From contig OZ024742.1 of NCBI GenBank assembly GCA_964016885.1, positions 319,548,001 through 319,612,000 of the forward strand: DNA of 64,000 nt, in the 5' to 3' direction. The notes beneath the pieces are model-generated. The model ran no database searches, had not been told where the DNA came from, and saw only the letters and a program-made list of their open reading frames with translations. This stretch comes from Eledone cirrhosa. Lineage: Eukaryota. This document shows, piece after piece, positions 54,152 to 64,000 of this stretch. Both the position numbers and the translations under genes were made by a program. Numbering within the stretch: the first letter of the stretch is position 1; the number at the start of each line of letters is the position of its first letter.

Positions 54152-57100
54152 AAACTTCAGAGTTGGTACCATAAATGTAGGCACCCTAAAGGGTCGCGCT
54201 AACGAGGTTGTAGAAATGCTTGAACGTAAGGAGGTCGATGTTTGTTGTATTCAAGAGACCAGGTGGAGGGGTGGGTCTGCTAGATTCATTGGGGGTAAAC
54301 GATGTTATAAGCTTTTCTGGGTGGGAAACGACGATGGGCTGGGTGGAGTAGGAATCATGGTAGCAGAAAAGTGGGCAGATAAGATAATAGACGTAAATAG
54401 AGTGAACGACAGAATAATTAAAATACGACTTGTCCTCAATAGAACTACGGTGACAGTAATATCTGCGTACGCACCCCAATCCAGCCTGCCCGGCACTATA
54501 AAAGACAGATTCTATGAGACACTGTTGCTAACTACCTCCCAAATATCTGACAGTGACTATATAATTATTGCAGGCGACCTAAATGGTCACGTTGGACAAC
54601 ATTGTGACGGCTACGACGAAATCCATGGAGGCTATGGGTTTGGTACTAGAAATGAGGAAGGCTCCAGAATCCTGGAATTCTGTGATGCAAATAACCTAAC
54701 TATCTGTAACACTAACTTCAAAAAACGTGACAATCACCTGATCACCTATAGATCCGGGGAACACACAAGCCAGGTAGATTATATCCTTACCAGAAGACGT
54801 GACAGAGTGTCTGTTGTAAACACTAAATCCCTCCCCCATGAAGAATGCACCTCCCAACATAGACTGATAATTAGTGACCTCATAGTCAGGACGAGACGTA
54901 CTCGACAGCAGAAGAGGACTATCCTCAGGAGAAAAATATGGAAGCTAAAGGACCCCACAGCCAGAAATAAATTTCAAAGCATATTACTTGATGCTTTCGA
55001 CAGTAAGGAAGAACATTTAGAGTCGGACAATATAGAGGGACAGTGGGAATTTCTGAAAGCAAACCTGCTGTTGGCGACAGACGAAGTCTGTGGCTGGAGC
55101 AGGCCTGTAGGCAGGAGGAGAGTAACATGCTGGTGGAACAGTAAGGTGGAGGAGTCAATTAAGGCCAAAAAGCAGGCTTGGAAAGTATGGCGGGATGGGG
55201 GAAGTAGAGTAGACTATCAAGTGGCCAGGAGGGAAGCTAGGAGAGAAGTGTACTTAGCAAGAAGGGAAGCTGAGGAAAGAAAGTTCAAGCATGTTCTACA
55301 ACGCGATTACCAAAAACGTGAGGTGTTCAGGATTGCTAGGCAATGCGTCAAGGAAAACCGTGATATTGTCGGGGAGAAGTGTGTACTTAACGATGATGGC
55401 ATACTTGCCATCACCGACACTGATAAGAAGGTAGCTTGGAAGTGTCACTATGAAAGGCTACTAAATGAGGAGAATAAATGGGAGAAAGACAGTCTCCCCC
55501 ATATCGACCCAATAGAGGGACCAGCAGTGTTAGTCGAGGGGAGTATAATAAGTAAGGCAATCAAGGATTATGAAGACGGGTAAGGCGGCTGGGCCTTCGG
55601 AAATAGTTGCTGAGATGCTGAGGGCATCTGGCACGGTGGGACACACCATGGTCACCCGCATAGTTAACCAAGTCGTACAGAATGGGGTTGTTCCGAAGGA
55701 CTGGCATAGCAGCATCATCGTTAACTGTTATAAGGGTAAAGGGGACGCCCTAGATAGGAGTAACTATAGAGGCATTAAATTAATCGACCAGGTCATGAAG
55801 GTCACGGTTAAAAGTAATAGCGCAACGAATCAGAGAGAGAATTGACCTAGATGAAATGCAGTTCGGGTTTGTGTCAGGCAAAAGTACCACAGACGCTCTT
55901 TTCATAGTACGACAACTACAGGAGAAGTACCTAGCTAAAGGTAAACCCCTCTACTTAGCTTTTGTCGACTTGGAGAAAGCCTTCGACAGAGTCCCCCGCT
56001 CCATTATCTGGTGGGCTCTTAGAAAACTAGGTGTTGACGAATGGCTTGTGAGAGCTATACAAGCCATGTATAAAGAAACAGTCAGCAAGGTTAGAATTAA
56101 CAACGAATATAGTGAAGAGTTTAGCGTAAAAGTTGGCGTCCATCAGGGCTCTGTTCTCAGCCCCCTACTATTTATTATTGCCCTTCAGGCTATAACAGAG
56201 GAGTTCAAGACAGGCTGCCCATGGGAACTCCTATACGCAGACGACCTGACACTCATAGCGGAATCAATGGCCGAGCTAGAGAAGAAATTCCAAACATGGA
56301 AGCACGGCCTAGAGTCAAAAGGACTTAAAATTAACCTGGCTAAGACCAAAGTTCTAGTTTGTAGGAAAGAAAACCAGGCGGCAGTCCCTTCTGGGAAATG
56401 GTCGTGCTCGGTGTGTAGGAAAGGCGTAGGTAGAAACTCCATTTTATGTCCTAAATGCAAAGTATGGGTGCATAAAAGATGTAGTGGGATCACAGGTAAG
56501 CTAACTAAGAACATAGATTTTACATGTGGCCGGTGTTCTGGTGCAATAAGTAGCAGCAAGTGCCCACAAAATACTAGCTCTTTCAATTGCGCAGAGGGTT
56601 CTATAGAAATAGTGGACAGCTTCCGTTACCTGGGCGATAAAATCAGCAGTGGGGGAGGGTGCTCTGAAAGTACTGTAGCTAGAGTCAGAACTGGTTGGAA
56701 AAAGTTCAGAGAGCTTATACCACTATTAGCTGCTAAAGGGTTCTCCCTAAAAATGAAAGGCAGGTTGTACGATGCCTGCATACGAACAGCAATGTTGCAT
56801 GGCAGTGAGACCTGGGCATTGTGTGCAGCGGATATACGCAGACTAGAGAGGAACGAAGCTTGCATGCTCTGCTGGATGTGTAACAGTAATATACGTGAAC
56901 GGCAAAGCATAAACGAACTAAGGAAAAAATTAGAGATAAGAGGGATCAGATGTTGTTTACTCGAGAGAAGGCTACGTTGGTATGGACACGTGATGCGCAT
57001 GAAAGTCGATAGCTGTATAACAAAGTGCAGGGCAATAAAGATAGACGGTAGTCATGGAATAGGCAGACCTAGAAAAACCTGGGACGAGCTGATAAACTCC

Positions 57101-57190
57101 GACATCACACACTTACACCTCTCCAAGACAATGTCACTGGACCGAGACCTTTGGCGGTACTCAGTAACAGAGAAGACCCGCCTTACCTAA
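54150..57190 (+). pseudogene. APE endonuclease-reverse transcriptase ORF, split into 54150-55583, 55570-55845 and 55856-57190
   Basis: Comparison with copy 2 shows single-base insertions near 55568 and 55808. The start codon is lost into (TA)n. Confidence 0.92.
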
Positions 57191-57576
57191 ATATATAGTA
57201 AAACCTACTCCAGCCAGTAGGCATCTCTAACAAAATACACCCCGTCCCACCACCACCATCCCATCCACACCGCCCCCTTCTATGTAAAGTTATGTTGGTG
57301 CCACACCATCCAGGCCGAAACAAATGAGATCGTGTAGGTGTCACGACAAAAAACACACAGTCCACGCTGTAATGTGGCCGTGTAGGCAACACGGTAAAAA
57401 CCTCCCAGACCCACACTGTAAATGTGGTTGGTGTTAGAAAGGGCATCCAACTGTAGAAAACCTGCCAGACAGTCCTATGCGAGCAAGACAATCACTCTTG
57501 CCTCAAGTGGGAATACCCCCGTCCAAACCCATGCAAGCGTGGAACACGGACGTTAAACGTTGATGATGATGATGAT
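54150..57576 (+). mobile_element. RTE LINE copy 1, near full length, two +1 frameshifts
   Basis: APE domain (GTINVGT, CIQET, AGDLNGH, SQVDY, SQHR), RT (YADD), 3' UTR with subrepeats and a (GAT)n tail. Confidence 0.95.
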
Positions 57577-57612
57577 ATATATGTATATATGTATATGTAT
57601 ATATATATGTAT

Positions 57613-57816
57613 ATCATCATCATTTTCATTTCATTTAACGTCCACTTTTTCCCTGCTTGCAAGGGTGGGACGGGAACTGATTCTGGCTTGATCCTAACAC
57701 CAACCTCATTTACAGTGAGTGCTGGGTGCTTTTTTGCCGTGGCACCTCCACGACCACTTTGCAGTGGAATGATAGGGACCCCAGTCCCTATCATCTCATT
57801 TCTACAGATGAGTAAA
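57613..57816 (-). mobile_element. 3' half of SINE S1 between the two LINEs
   Basis: Matches 118-331; truncated into (TA)n. Confidence 0.88.
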
Positions 57817-57840
57817 TATATATATGTATATATATATATA

Positions 57841-62561
<4,721 letters not shown>

Positions 62562-62565
62562 TATA

Positions 62566-62606
<41 letters not shown>

Positions 62607-62654
62607 GTATATATATGTATATATGTATATATGTATGTATATGTATATATATGT

Positions 62655-62694
<40 letters not shown>

Positions 62695-62783
62695 GTATAT
62701 ATATATGTATATATATGTATATATATATGTATATATATGTATATATATGTATATATATATATGTATATATATGTATATATATG

Positions 62784-62814
<31 letters not shown>

Positions 62815-63021
62815 GTATATATGTATATATATGTATATATATATATGTATATATATGTATATATATATGTATATATATGTATATATATATGTATATATAT
62901 ATATATGTATATATGTATATATATGTATATATATATGTATATATATGTATATATATATGTATATATATGTATATATATATATGTATATATATGTATATAT
63001 ATGTATGTATATATATGTATA

Positions 63022-63064
<43 letters not shown>

Positions 63065-63209
63065 GTATATATATGTATATATATGTATATGTATATGTAT
63101 GTATATGTATGTATATGTATATATATGTATATGTATGCATATGTATATATATGTATATGTATATATATATGTATATATATGTATATGTATATATATATAT
63201 GTGTATATG

Positions 63210-63258
<49 letters not shown>

Positions 63259-63267
63259 GTGTATATG

Positions 63268-63320
<53 letters not shown>

Positions 63321-63500
63321 GTATATGTATATATATATATGTGTGTATATATATATATATGTGTGTATATATATATATATATGTATATGTATATATATAT
63401 GTGTATATATATATATGTGTATATGTATATATGTGTATATGTATATATGTGTATATATATATATATACATGTATATATGTGTATATATATATATATCCTG

Positions 63501-63532
<32 letters not shown>

Positions 63533-63558
63533 CACATATATGTATATATATTTATATG
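62562..63558. repeat. ~1-kb (TA)n/(TATG) microsatellite
   Basis: Direct observation. Confidence 0.95.
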
Positions 63559-63575
63559 TAATAGGAACGAGTAGG

Positions 63576-63671
63576 ACCCCGACGGCTGAGCTCAAGCCGT
63601 TTCGACGGCTAATTCTGGACTAAATGAAAATTTTTATCCTGGTATATGAATAGCCGAGCTTCTCAGGGGGT
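63576..63671 (-). ncRNA. Type I hammerhead ribozyme candidate with extended stem II and variant core
   Basis: Minus strand ACCCC-CTGAGAA-G.CGGCTA...TAGCCG.C-GAAA-CGGCT-TGAGCTC-AGCCG-TC-GGGGT. Three stems close around the core with a GUC triplet. Confidence 0.7.
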
Positions 63672-64000
63672 AATTCTATATATGGTAAAAGTGATTGTAA
63701 CAAGGATTGGTCAAAAGTTTGTTGTTGAGACAAATAATTCTATCATGGCAATTTGTGGAAGGAAGGGGTAGCTGAATCTGCCAGTAGAAGAAAGGGGGAG
63801 AGGGGGTGGAGGAAACCCAGTCGTGCGTTGATAGTGCCAACTACAGCAGGGCAGGAGGTCAAGGAAGTATACTAGGGAGGGGGAGGAAGTCGAAACAATA
63901 AGTAAAACAATATGGGGTAAATATATAGAAAAATACTGAGAATGTTAAAAAAACAATTTAATATAAAAAAAACAAAAAAAAAAAAAATTTCTTTTTACTA

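Overview
AT-rich, repeat-dense eukaryotic DNA. The SINE/RTE repertoire and the (TA)n/(GA)n load resemble a coleoid cephalopod such as Octopus; this is an inference, not a database result. The window is almost entirely intronic. Two phase-compatible + strand exons (30383-30695 and 44307-44684) belong to an unidentified low-complexity host protein. The rest is microsatellite and mobile DNA. Retroelements include two near-full-length tandem RTE LINEs with a PHD-type finger inside the RT, many RTE fragments, tRNA-head SINEs sharing the RTE 3' tail, and two RLE-type non-LTR remnants. DNA elements include a complete maT (DD37D) transposon with a mutated catalytic Asp, two mariner remnants, an internally deleted piggyBac nested in a SINE, an internally deleted Helitron and several MITEs. 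The most unusual signal is three different hammerhead-ribozyme-like motifs (20858-20927 +, 52114-52156 -, 63576-63671 -). Each lies in a non-coding, Penelope/retrozyme-like segment near (TA)n. One sits inside a compact, highly structured 169-bp unit bounded by inverted repeats, and another lies downstream of a 4x78-bp array of promoter-like motifs. There is also a weaker HDV-like ribozyme candidate near 24.2 kb. All RNA structures were folded by eye, and element boundaries without a TSD or TIR are approximate.
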